From NCBI GenBank assembly GCA_043228905.1, contig JBHGNT010000001.1, positions 36,332,001-36,396,000 of the forward strand: a DNA stretch of 64,000 nt, given 5' to 3'. The notes below the pieces were generated by a model. The model saw nothing but the letters and a program-made list of their open reading frames with translations, searched no databases and was not told where the DNA came from. The position numbers were made by a program, and so were the translations under genes. Origin of the DNA: Azolla caroliniana. Taxonomy: Eukaryota; Plantae; Polypodiophyta. Each line of letters begins with the position of its first letter. Within the stretch, counting starts at the first letter, position 1. Positions 51,301 to 64,000 of the stretch are shown one piece after another.

Positions 51301-54300
51301 TGTTCAAATCTTGAAAATAAAGATGTCTTTACAAAGAGTGTGAGTTTCGTATATAATATATGAACTCTTGCGTTTGTTTAATTTCATGTATTCCTGATTT
51401 TCTTCAAGATTCCTGATTTTTATTTGTCACTAGGATCCCTTCTTGCTAATAAGTAAGCAGCTGGAGGATGGATCTTTCAAGCCAGTGTATAAGTCAGAAG
51501 TAAAGAACAATACCTTGAACCCTAAATGGAAACCAATAAAAACAAACCTTCAGCAGCTGTGCAATGGTGACATGGTACTGCATATCTTCATGTTATCATT
51601 TAAAAGATTACATATTGCTTTATGCACCGACCTATTTCTATGGGATTGTTCAGGACTGCCCACTGAAGGTTGAATGCTTTGATTTTAACAATAATGGAAA
51701 GCACAACTTGATCGGGTGAGGTGAACTAAAGCTAACAATGTTGGATTTGTTACTTATGCAACATTGCTAATCCATTTCATGTGATTTGAATGTATTGGTC
51801 TCAGTGCTTTTGTGACAAGTATAAGTAAACTGCAAACCATGGCAAACAATCAAGCAAACACCGTAAATCTGGAACAACACTTTGGTAGAAATCAGCAATT
51901 GAGTAAGGTGTTGCACATATTGTTACACATACTTAATGCTAATAACTTCTCAGTTGGTGAAATTGAGCAAAAATGGTGGTTTAATTGGGGTATTACTGTC
52001 CTCTTGAAATTCCTTATGCTGGTTCTGTTGGTGAGATTTGATCATTTATTTGCTGGTTACAATGGTGATGAGTTGTGGTTGTGGCCCACATGCACCGCAC
52101 ATTGCTATTGGCTGATCTATTGTAACCTCTGTAGAGTGTCTTGGTCAAGAATCCACTTGTGTAGTTCTTGATTGACTAGCAGCTTGAGGAGTGATGTGGC
52201 TAAAGAAAGTTATGATTGTCCTCCATTGACAAACTTTTGTGGTTATATTGCTGTCCTTCCACAACTTCTCTCTATGTCTCTTAAGTTTTGGTAGGAACAG
52301 TCCCAAGCACCAGTTATCTTTGTATTCCATGATCTTGCTAGTGGGCAAAAGCCTTGTTTGAAGAGGCAGTTTTATCTCCTCTTATTGTATAAAAAATATG
52401 ACAGTGGCAGGCATAATGTTCTTTGGATTCCACCCTGTGGTGTATCCATTCTTCCATAGGTTTACATACATATCTGCCTGTGTTAATTTCTAACTAATGC
52501 GAAGTGGCCCTGAGCTGCCTTATCACACTATGGAGCACATGTAGTAGATGTGTATATATATAAGAAGGCGTGATTATAAATCCATCCAGTGACATGTATA
52601 AAATGAGTGCCTTGTAGTGGCCGTCTACCTACCAATAGAATTTATTTGCCTGATCCATACTCTTTCATTTTCCAATTTATCATGGGGCGTGATGCTATTA
52701 TGCAAGCAATCATCAAGACTGAAGAAGTTGTGGGCAAATTGTATTTGCCAATTCCATTACCCTCATTGCATTAGTGTCTTGGTTATTTGGATGTGGCTCA
52801 GTGTCCAAGGCTGGAATTCCTACATTTTTTCAATCCTATATGCTGGGAAATGTATTTGGATCAATGCAAACTGGGTTTTCAAGGGCATTTGAAACATTAG
52901 AGTTTCTTTAGCACATTTTGGAATGAGTAGTTTTCCTTAACTAAATCTGAGGAGCTCTACTATGGCTGGAAGACAAATGATGAGGGCTTAGGAATGACAA
53001 ATGGTAGAATGCCATTTTCACAAATTCCTATTTATAAACACTGACATCTTAAGGAAAACAAAGGATTTATAAAAAAAGTTGCAAAAGTTTGACTTTTATA
53101 CAATAATTTTATGTAACTTACACAGAATGGAACTTCACTGAATTTTCAAAAGTGCACAAGGAAGCCACCTTATTGTCAGGTAACATATTGTATTGGTGGA
53201 CCACATCGTTGGATCAAGGTCAAGCATCTTCTTCATGGCTTGAATTCAAACAAGATTTCTTTTCTGTGTGGTTGAGAAACATTTTTGAAGTGGATGCCAT
53301 GATGGCTTGGCACAAGTTGGATGCAGGAAATTATCAAAATGTAGAAGTTTTGAGAAACCTCGTTGCCTATTAGCTCCTTTACAAAGAAATCAGGAACTTC
53401 TTTACAGATTGAACAGATTGAGACATATTATTACAATTTGCCCGAATAAATCAGGAACTTCTTTACAAAGACTAATGTGAAAATATTTATTATTTGCTCC
53501 ATTGGTGAATTTTCAAGGACATCTGAGAGTCATATTTGGAAACGATGAAAGTCTTTATTCAACAGATGGATACAATGTTGCCTTATATGTATGACAATGT
53601 AATATGTCAACCCAAATACATGCTTGATGGATCATATGTCAAATGAGGATTTGGTTTTTGTGTTATTAGCTTGAACAACTCATAAAGTTGCAGCTCAAAA
53701 AAATCATGAAGGCATTACTTTCACAGCACATACTATAGGTAGGTGATGTGGTTTTGTTTATCGTAGTGAACCACATTCAAGGGCTGATATAGAAGCATGT
53801 GTTTGTCTTGTCATTCCTTGGATGTCTCAAGAGGCTGTGCATCATGTACTATGGATACTTGTTCTTATTGTGATGGCACTGCCCCTAGTCCGTAAAAAGT
53901 ATGGTATTTTCATATTAGTGACAAAAGTATCTGCCTTCCAAGTTTGGGAGCCATCCTTATCATTTTTCTATAAGACTAATGCAACCCACTTGTAATTCCC
54001 AGTTCAAAATCTTTGAATTATATCAGAAACATGTAATTTTTCTCTTCACTACCTTTATATTATTATTGTATGAACATGGGTATTTGTTTTGTGGATATTG
54101 GATTTTCGCTTTGGCAGTTCTACTAATCTAGTCATATTTATTCTGGTGCGTTCTGAAAGATGAGGCAACATTTTGAGATGTTACCTGCCATTCACACTAA
54201 TTGGCCATCTTGACCACCTGATAGATGTTAACATGTATTTCTTTCATGCTTTCTTATGTCTTTTGATTAGAGGACAACTACATGCTCCGAGTTTTTAGTT

Positions 54301-57300
54301 TTTAGAACGGCACAGCTCAAAATCCCGAACATTTACATCTCTTAGACAGTTCTACTAGTCTAGCAATATTTATTCTTGTGTGTCTTGTTGTCTTATAGAT
54401 CAACTTGGTCTCTTAAAAATGTTAATATATATTTCTTTCATGCTTTTGTATGTCCCGAACATGTATTTCTCTTAGGCAGTTCTACTAATGTAATTATTCT
54501 TATTCTGGTGTTTTCTCAAAGGTTAGACAATATTTTAAGATGGTGTCTATCGTTCAGACCTATTTAGGTCATCGTAGCCTCTTGAAGATGCTAATATCAT
54601 GCTTTCTTATGTCCTTAGATTGGAGGACAACTACGTGTTCGGGATTTTCGTTTGTTACAACGGCACAGCTTTTTGGATTATATCCAGAGTGGATTTGAAT
54701 TAAGTTTCTTGGTGGCTATAGACTTTACTGGTAAGAGCCTTCACTCTCCTCCTTACAAAAACCCCTTATGATCAATTCATTTATATGAGTAGGGCATGGT
54801 AATGCGTGAGTTCAGTGAACTTTCATTTTATTATCCATCTTCATAAGAGCTCTACTTGGCATCGGCATCTCCATGATGTCATTTTTTATGAGTCTTTCTC
54901 TTCTGTAATTTAGTTCTCTTGATGTCTCTGTGAGTGTTTGATCAAACTTCTGACAAAACATATGAAGACATTAGTAACCTGTTTGATAAATGAGAATCAA
55001 GATAATCTTTATAAATTAGAGGGAGAAGTATCAAGATAATCAAGATGATGGAGAGGGCAATTAACTTTCTTTGGATTTTACATGAAAAATATCTCCTATA
55101 TTGCCATGTAAGTACCAGTGCCCTCCATTTCTTAGCCTATTTCATTACCTCTTAGCTATTGGGGCAGCATGGCCTGTGTTTATTCTCATTATTTTATCAG
55201 CAACCCATGGAAATCTACCTCTACTTTTATAAATAAATTTTTATCTGGTTCAGTTCTGGTTACATGAGAAACATAGGCACCATTTAGATCTTGTGAATGC
55301 TTTAATATGCTGTCTCTTGGCCAGGGATAAGGGCCTCCTTTTCTGCATTTCCTGTCATCCCTGAAGGGCAGAAAAAACTTTTAAATGTATCTTAAGTGTG
55401 TGTGCTCAATCAAGGCTTAATTGATTGCCTTTCACTGACCAACCAAGGCATGATACCTCCCCTGCACTTTCCCTAATTCAGTGATCCTTCGTTTAGCTTG
55501 GATGAGATAGTTTGTCTAATGTCTTTCGAATGAGGCCAGATTGTCCTCATCATCTTGTGTATGCACTAATATTGAATATGGTCATTAATGACTAATACTA
55601 ATGATTGATAAAATGTAAAGAACATGTAGGCATTCTTAGGGTATGGATCTGTGTTATGTAGTGGCAATATGATTATGCTTGTGAAGTTTATGATATGTAA
55701 GCATTTCGAAGCATTATTTATTGTGATTGGCACTACATATCACAAATCCATACCCTAAGCACTTTTACTACATTCAATGCTTTTCATCTAGGAGTGTGAG
55801 CAGTTCTGTTATGATCTTTTTGCTCTTCCGAAATCTGTTGTTGTAATGTTTATTGCTTCCGCATTTCATATGTATTTTGCAGCTTCAAACGGAAATCCAC
55901 ACCAAAGAGATTCACTACATTATATTGATCCTTCAGGACAACTTAATGCATATCAAGCAGTACGGATGATAAATTTCCCGTCGCATATATATTTTTAATG
56001 TTTACACTATTTGATGTTGTGTTCTATGTAAATTTAGGCTATTTGTGCTGTTGGTGAAGTGTTGGAATACTATGACTCAGATAAGCAGTTTTCTGTATGG
56101 GGTTTTGGTGGGAGGCCCACTGAAGCTGCCGTTGTTTCCCATTGCTTCAATGTCAGCAGGCATTCAGATGAGGCAAGATAATTCTTTGATTCTATTTTGA
56201 TATAATTGTCTCTCCACAATTTTTGAAAATGATTCAATGAAGACAGCCATTATTTCTTGCTGTACAGGTTAGTGGAGTTGAAGGAATTTTGCAAGCATAT
56301 GTGGAGCGAATTCACAATGTACATTTGAATGGTCCCACACTATTTGGCCCTGTTATTCACAAGGCAGCTTCAATAGCTCAAGAATCAGCAGCTAGAAAAA
56401 TGCAAAAATACTATGTCCTGATGATTATCACTGTAATGTCTTCTTATTCACAGTTTACAGTACAACATTATAGGTTTAAATAAACTTTTCTGTGGGGAAT
56501 TCATATTTAACAAATTTGTATGTTTCATTGTCAGGATGGTATTATTACAGATTTGGAAGACTCTATCAATGCATTGATACTGGCATCCTCTCTTCCCTTG
56601 TCTGTGGTGATAGTTGGTGTTGGTGGGGCTGACTTTACAGAAATGGAGGTAAATCTTCACCTTCGTGTGTGTTGCCCTCTAAAATTGTGATAACGTTTAT
56701 TGTTTAACTGCTAAGCTTATTGATGATGTAACCAATTTAAATATTCCCAGTTTTGTGGGGCTGCTTTTCTGTTTAACCAGTAGTAAAAGGATCTTTGTCA
56801 GGAAAGCTATGTGTGACGGTCAATCCCTGAACATGTTTTCTCCCAAATCAGTAGACAGTGTATCTTTTCTATGCAAGATAAGGTGACTGTCACACTCATT
56901 GCTTATTTATTTGCATAGCCATACATTCTATTCCTTCTCTGGAATTAGGCGATGATAGAGAAAGCATGTTGGATTGGATAGCTAGCACAAATGTATCTTT
57001 CATCACTCTTTTCTATGCCTATTCTACCACAGTTTGTATCAAATTTAGCTTGTTTACCTGCCTATTACCTTGAGTAGATTTCAATTGGAATATTTATTCC
57101 TCTTTCCTGTGCTGCATGAGAAGCCAAACATTTGATCATAGAGTGTAAAATCGTCCATCTTTAATAACTGAAGAAAATGATATATGTGTATCATAAGATT
57201 ATATATTGAATTGAGAGGAAGCATTTGGAAGGAACATAAATGATGGTGGTAAGGGTGTGTTTGGCAGTATTTGGATGCAGATCGAGGAAGGCTTCAATCC

Positions 57301-57532
57301 TCTGATAGAAGGAAGGTCGCAACCCGAGATATTGTGCAATTTGTACCAATGAGAAACGCGACAAGTTAGTACCATTAGATAACACTGCTAATTGAAACTC
57401 ACATATCATTACCTTACTCTAATTTCATGGCTTATTTCAGGTGCAGTTTCTCTTGCAAGCATGCTACTGGCAGAGCTTCCCGGACAGTTTTTGGAGTACA
57501 TGGAAATCCAAAAGATTTCACTAATAGGCTAA
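45317..57532 (+). CDS. BON: Copine / BONZAI family protein (two C2 domains plus vWA)
   Basis: Exons 45317-45454, 46305-46352, 46468-46616, 46699-46747, 48893-48949, 51151-51339, 51434-51574, 51654-51715, 51805-51907, 54619-54730, 55883-55959, 56038-56172, 56268-56432, 56535-56648, 57268-57364, 57441-57532. MGAC N-terminus (myristoylation-type), [87 protein letters not shown]. Confidence 0.95.
50660..50760 (+). mobile_element. Possible gypsy 3' end (PPT plus LTR start) in a BON intron
   Basis: CTTGAGGAC...AGGGAGGGA-TGTTGA at ~50666-50705. Confidence 0.4.
53152..53345 (+). mobile_element. Ty3/gypsy gag (Retrotrans_gag) fragment
   Basis: [14 protein letters not shown]....[10 protein letters not shown] matches the gag L.G.A..WW.....TW.EF...F pattern. 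Confidence 0.7.
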
Positions 57533-58270
57533 TGTGCCGGAAACAAGAGTGTTGTATTGGCTGTCTTCAATGAAAGGGTTGTGTGGTTTTGGTGTATTGA
57601 TGTATTCGATGAACTGCCACTAGGCTGTTTCAACTGTGGTTTTAATGTTAATAATGTCGGGACCTTCTAAACAGTGTAAAGCATGACATGGTTACTTGTA
57701 TTTGGCATGTTTACAGACTGAGGAAGCTCTTAAGTTATCAGGAGTGATTTGGTTGGTCATTAATATTTCAGGTTCATGGTTTTGTATTTTGTTTTGAATC
57801 AAGCTATGGACATGAGAAGTTCTTATTCAGTTAAAACTAAACTAGGATAATAATTAAACTTGAGTCAACATTATTAAATGGTATCATTGTAATACGTGGG
57901 GTGTATAGATCGCATATTAGGGATGTAGATCACCTGTTAAAGGAAATAAACACTTAGTCAAAATGTATTCATCATGATGTTATTCCTAGGAATCTTGGAT
58001 TTTGTGTTGATCTTAAATGTGTGGAAGGATTTGTGTATGAAGTTCAACGATAATGCAAGGCAACCATATTTATGCTCAAGGAAACTATAATTTGATAAAA
58101 AACAATATTATGAATCTTGAAGTACTTGATGAGTTAATGTAATCAAAAGGGAAACTGTCAAGGTAATTTGCAAGCATAAGATGTTGGAAAAGCACAACAA
58201 TTTCTCTATGCCCACTAGGAAGCACATTACACATGTAAACTATGGATAAACCCTATAAAGAAAACATGTG

Positions 58271-59260
<990 letters not shown>

Positions 59261-60779
59261 GAAAACATGTGGATTGTTAGATTTTTTATGCATTGAAAGG
59301 ATTTCTATGAGCAATCAAATGATGTGTCATTGTTCTCTTTCATAAATGGTTCCTAATTTACAATTGAGAATGTGTGCATCGGGCTACGTAAGGCAATAGT
59401 TATCATTAATTATTAGGCTATCTGGGGAAATGCCCCCCTTATTTTCATAATTGTGAGAATACATTGCCCTAAAAATACAAAAAGATGGATGGAAAAAAGA
59501 AGGCGCTCCATTCAGCATTGTTCTAGCACCACACCACAAATTTCTGCACCATTGCCACTTGTGATCGGGTGTCCAACAATTTGTGATGGAATGTATCCCT
59601 AAGGAGTCCAATTAGTGATTGTGATGATACTTCCATTTCACATTTGTGTTCTAATACATTGTTATAACAATTTTGAATTACACATCTATGCATCTCAACG
59701 AAATAGCCCTTTCCATATTATCATCGTAGAAACTTACCTATAGATGGTGTAACAAACAAAGAGAAAAAGAGAGCTATGTCAAAATCTACGTCTCTTTTTA
59801 TTTACTGAGTATGCATGGGCTTTGAAAGATGGTTTTAAATTTAAGAAATTAGAATTGTAACCATGATTTCAATGATTTAATTGTATATTTAGGCAGAGCA
59901 CTACGTTACATCTTAAACAATTGTTTTTATTTTATTTTATTTCCCAAAAAAACTCCTTCCATTAGTTATAAAATTTTGCATATGAGAGTGTTACATCTTA
60001 AACAATTTAACATAGCGTTGTATGCTTTCATGAATAATCTTATTAAGTTATATCATGCTCTCTTGTCTTTATCTCATAACACTTAGGTCATAGATGTATC
60101 AAATGACCAGAAAAAATCACTTTGAAGTTATGCCAATGTTACTCACAACCTTTTCATTCTCATACCATATTTAAATGGAAAGAGGAGTACAATAGATTGC
60201 TACAATAAAAACTCTATTGTCTTCTAATGAATATCTATGTTGGCTTTGTTAAAATTCAATTACTTTTTCCTTTAACAAAATCATCAAAGTTCATGAGTTT
60301 AATCAAAATCATCCATGAAAGTGAAGGCCAAAGGTAAATAGTAACATCGCTTCCAATATAACCTATCATTTGAAGGACAACTATTGAGACCGCGATATCT
60401 CAAACTTCGAGCAAGGGATTGTCAATACTTCCATGACATATGCCAATATCAAGAAGATTTTAATCAATCACCATATCTACATGATAACCTCCTAAGGTCT
60501 TGCGGATACACATGGTTGAACTGAAACTTGGCAAGTTTATATTTGTTCATTGTGTTGTCAGCAAGTCTTGTGACAAGATGTCATCACATCCGTCCCTCCC
60601 ATACTAGGGTCACAACTTTTATTTCTCGTAATTATTCAATCAAAGATCTTTTTGAATTATCACATGTCAATTTTGAGAATAATATAAATTTTATTATTCC
60701 TTAACGTGAACAAGTGTGGCAAAGGTCATAATGTCAAAAAGTCAATATACAATAAGTAATGAAAGCAAAAAAAAGCAAA

Positions 60780-62890
60780 CCTAACACGATGAATAACCAT
60801 GGTTAGGGTAGAATCAATGCCATATTATATATACAAACAAACTGACTCTATATGTCTATAGAAAGATCATTTCTTGCTTTTGGAAGGCTACAAAGTTTAG
60901 TTTATGTTGGAATAACACGGTACACCCTCTGACAAGCTTGACCAAGCCAACAAAGCATGGTCTAGGAGCAAACCACATTTAAGGTTGAGAACTAACAAAG
61001 GTTGAGGCAGAGGCCAAACTATGGTTAACTTAACAACCGTCTATAGTTATGGAGGTAAGATTATTTTTCAAAATTTATGGTTGTGAACTTCTCATTCATG
61101 TAAAGCAAGCCTTGGATACTGACAACCAACACAAAGTTAAATAACATGGAATAAAGCAAGAAAAACAAATCTTGACCATGGCCACGTGAATCTAATCATT
61201 ATGGTTTGTTTGTTGCTTGATTACATTGGTTAAGCTCATACGTAAGGTAGAAAACAATACTTAGTCTCGGTAAAAATGGGTAGAGAATTGCTAAGGACAG
61301 GTGTGGCTGTTATGCCAATAGCTTGTAAAATTTGGAGACTTGGTAATGTACAAGACTCTTAGTTGGATGCTTATTGGAAATGGCTATGGGCCATGCAAAT
61401 TCCTAAAAAGTTGTATTATTTAGATGGTTGTTGATACATTATGGCATTCCTATGAAGTCATCGATGCAAGGGCATTGCCATGATCTAAAATGTGATAGTT
61501 GTGGTTCTCCCATTGAATTGGTTCACCATGTTTTATGGATATGTCCTGTTGCTAGAGCAGTTTGGAAAAGAATGTTGAGAATTCTATATCCCATTTTTTG
61601 TAAACGTGTACACATGGGGTTTTGTGAGATGGGGAAGATTGGCTGAAGAAATATAGAATTATGAAAAAGAGTATGTTGATTTTCTTCTCCTCTCTGATGG
61701 AAGACATGTATTTGAGGTCTCTTATACTACAACAATCCATTGTTTGGAAGAGGACAAGGCATGGTATACGATATCTTCTTTAGTAGTTTGGGTATTGTGG
61801 AAGGCAAGATGTAAAAGTGTATTTCAAAAAGTCAAACAAAATGAGGTTGAGTTAATCAAGGAGATATGGTTAATGCTCCTACATACTCAAAGAGGTCAAT
61901 ATGAGGCAATAACAAGTGAGCCTAAAGGTGTGATTCGTAAACAACAATTTTGAGAAATTTGGAAAAATGTAGTGGTCTTGGAAGGACCCTACACGAGGGC
62001 TTTTGATGCTTGACATGTTGGTTGATGTGGGTATGAGGGTTATAATTTACTATATGAATTCGTTGTAGCCTTTGGGCATCTTTCCATTAAAACCAAGGTG
62101 AATCTTTATTTTTATTTTTATTTAAAAAAAAAAACTTAGTCAAGTTAACTTGAACTTAATGATGCTTTGTTTCATAATCTTATTGATGGTTAGAACAATG
62201 AAACAAACTGTGGTTAGGTAGAAAATAAACGATGGTGAACTAACTTGATAATATAACCATGGTTTGCTTGTTTTCTATGCATACATTGACAACAATGAAA
62301 CAAATAATGGTCTGCATAAGAACAAGCCGCTATCAATCTTAACCATGGTTAGGATGATAAAGCAAACCATGGTTAGGGTAGAAAATAAACCATAACCAAC
62401 CTAACTTGTTAGCACAACCATGATTTGTTTATTTTCTATGCAAATCTTGACCTTGGTTACAATAAAACATAAAACAATATTGTCATGGTTACAATAGAAC
62501 ATAAACCACAGTCAACCTATCTTGCTAGTTTAACCATGGTTAGCTTTATGAGAAAATCTTGACCATGGGTAGAAAACCGTCCACTACCATGGTTAGCTAG
62601 GAAAAAACAAGCATGGCCAAACCTAAGTTCATAGCTCAACCATAGTTACGATTATAAACAAGTTAACAACCATGGTTAATCTAAACTTGCTTGCATAACT
62701 ATGGTTAAAACGATGACCAAACCATGGTCAGCATTGTGATTAAGTAGAAAATTATGGTTAGCATTGTGATTAAGTAGAAAAGTATGGTTAGCATTGTGAT
62801 TAAGTAGAAAACTAATTGTGGTTAACCTGAATTGCTAACTTAACCTTGGTTTGTTGATTAAGCAAATCTTAACCATGGTTAAGTTAAGAA
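60780..62890. repeat. Degenerate array built on the palindromic AACCATGGTT motif, including a 3x30-bp tandem at ~62731-62811
   Basis: Many copies of (A)ACCATGGTT and GGTAGAAAA variants either side of the LINE; gcattgtgattaagtagaaaa occurs at 62731, 62761 and 62791. Confidence 0.8.
61267..62133 (+). mobile_element. 5'-truncated LINE (zf-RVT end) with poly(A) and 8-bp TSD
   Basis: CDSCGSPIELVHHVLWICPVARAVW and WVLWKARC, same family as 7990-8869. A-run at ~62124-62134; ACTTAGTC at 61259-61266 and 62134-62141. Confidence 0.88.
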
Positions 62891-63169
62891 GTTAGGGTTT
62901 GAATCATACAGCAAACACATACATGATACAAGCAAACATGTTCACATACATACATGCATGCATACATACATACATCAATACATCCATAGAGAGAAACAGA
63001 ACAGCTGATGATGGCATTGTTTCTTGTACCCTTTGAACCTTAAAACAGCACAGAGAAGCAGAGAGAATTAACCCTAATTTCACACAGGGTTCTGCACAAA
63101 GCAAATGTTCTTCACTGACACTTCATGGAATAGCAGGTGGGTGTTATAATTGTTGCTGTGGACATAGAA

Positions 63170-64000
63170 AAAGAAACGCAGGCAGAGAGAGAGAGGGAGA
63201 AAGAGAGGGAGAGAGGGGAGAGAGGGAGGGAGATACAAAGAGATGGACAATAAAGAAGAAGGAACAAGGTGAGTCTTTCTGCTCTTGTCCCCTTTTTCTC
63301 TAGATCTGATCCCTTTAGGGTTTCCATCGCGTTTTTCATTTTAGTGGTTTTTGTTATTCAGAGATGAAAATGAAACATAAAATTTCTCAAGTTTTTGAGA
63401 GCCTCTGTTTTCATGGCACCGATTAAACCCATTTCTCTGTAATTGGCTCTTTTGTTTCAGGCATTTTTATACCCTTGAAAAAGTGATCCAACAGAGATGA
63501 AGAAAGAAGGAGATGAAGAATCAGAAGAAGAAACATTAGTCTGTTGGATTGTAACTGGGAAGAAGATCATTGAGCCTGAGAAGCCACAGCAAAGAAGCTT
63601 ACTTGAAGACAAAGAAGAATTAGAGAAAAGGAATAAGCAGAAGAAATAGAAGATTAGAAATGATTGTAAAAGAGAAGAACTAATAGTGTAATGGAGTATA
63701 TTATGGAATAAGCTCTTCAAACCCTAGAGATTGCTGAGAAGAAGCTAAGAAGAACAGCAGTAATAGTATTATAACAAAGTATAATAGAGAGTAATTTCCT
63801 TGAGCAAGAGAGATCATAAAGAAAAGCCTTGGTTGTAGTAGAAGAAAAGTGTATAATCATGGAGGTTAAAAAGGAAGAAACAAAGCTTGTTTGAAGAAAG
63901 CAGAGAAGAAGGCTTTGAAGAAGAAAGAGTCTTGTAATGGAGTGTAATAGAGAAGAAGCTCTTCGAGCAAAAGAGATAGCAGAGAAGAAATTATCCTTAC
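63170..64000 (+). other. Probable 5' leader (GA-rich exon, intron, purine-rich exon) of a gene beyond the window
   Basis: GA repeats, strong donor AAG|GTGAGT at ~63269, acceptor TTTCAG at 63460, then a short ATG ORF and GAA-rich repeats. Confidence 0.4.

Overview
Eukaryotic, intron-rich, AT-rich land-plant nuclear DNA. The long GA/CA microsatellites and the retroelement families suggest a fern or other seed-free plant, but that is inference. Manual splicing gives six clearly supported multi-exon genes: the 3' half of a HEN2/MTR4-type DExH RNA helicase (+), an ankyrin/ILK-type Raf-like kinase with degenerate catalytic motifs (+), a GT8 PGSIP7/8-like glycosyltransferase (-), a small Lys-rich uncharacterised protein (-), a UPF0047/YjbQ protein (+) and a BONZAI/copine (+). 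A seventh, short gene carrying a TPX2-type Aurora-binding-like N-terminus (+) is less certain. Introns and intergenic DNA hold decayed Ty1/copia, Ty3/gypsy and LINE remnants, two poly(A)-tailed 5'-truncated LINEs and many local tandem duplications. I see no convincing new multi-gene system. The best leads are: a ~1 kb retroposed insertion (A-tail plus 14-bp TSD) that captured a spliced MAP-kinase fragment; the HRE/DFY ILK pseudokinase; a possible Aurora-binding microprotein; and a 3'-UTR microexon arrangement in HEN2 that could act as an NMD switch. Exon coordinates were read by eye and may be off by a few bases; family assignments come from motif recall, not database searches.
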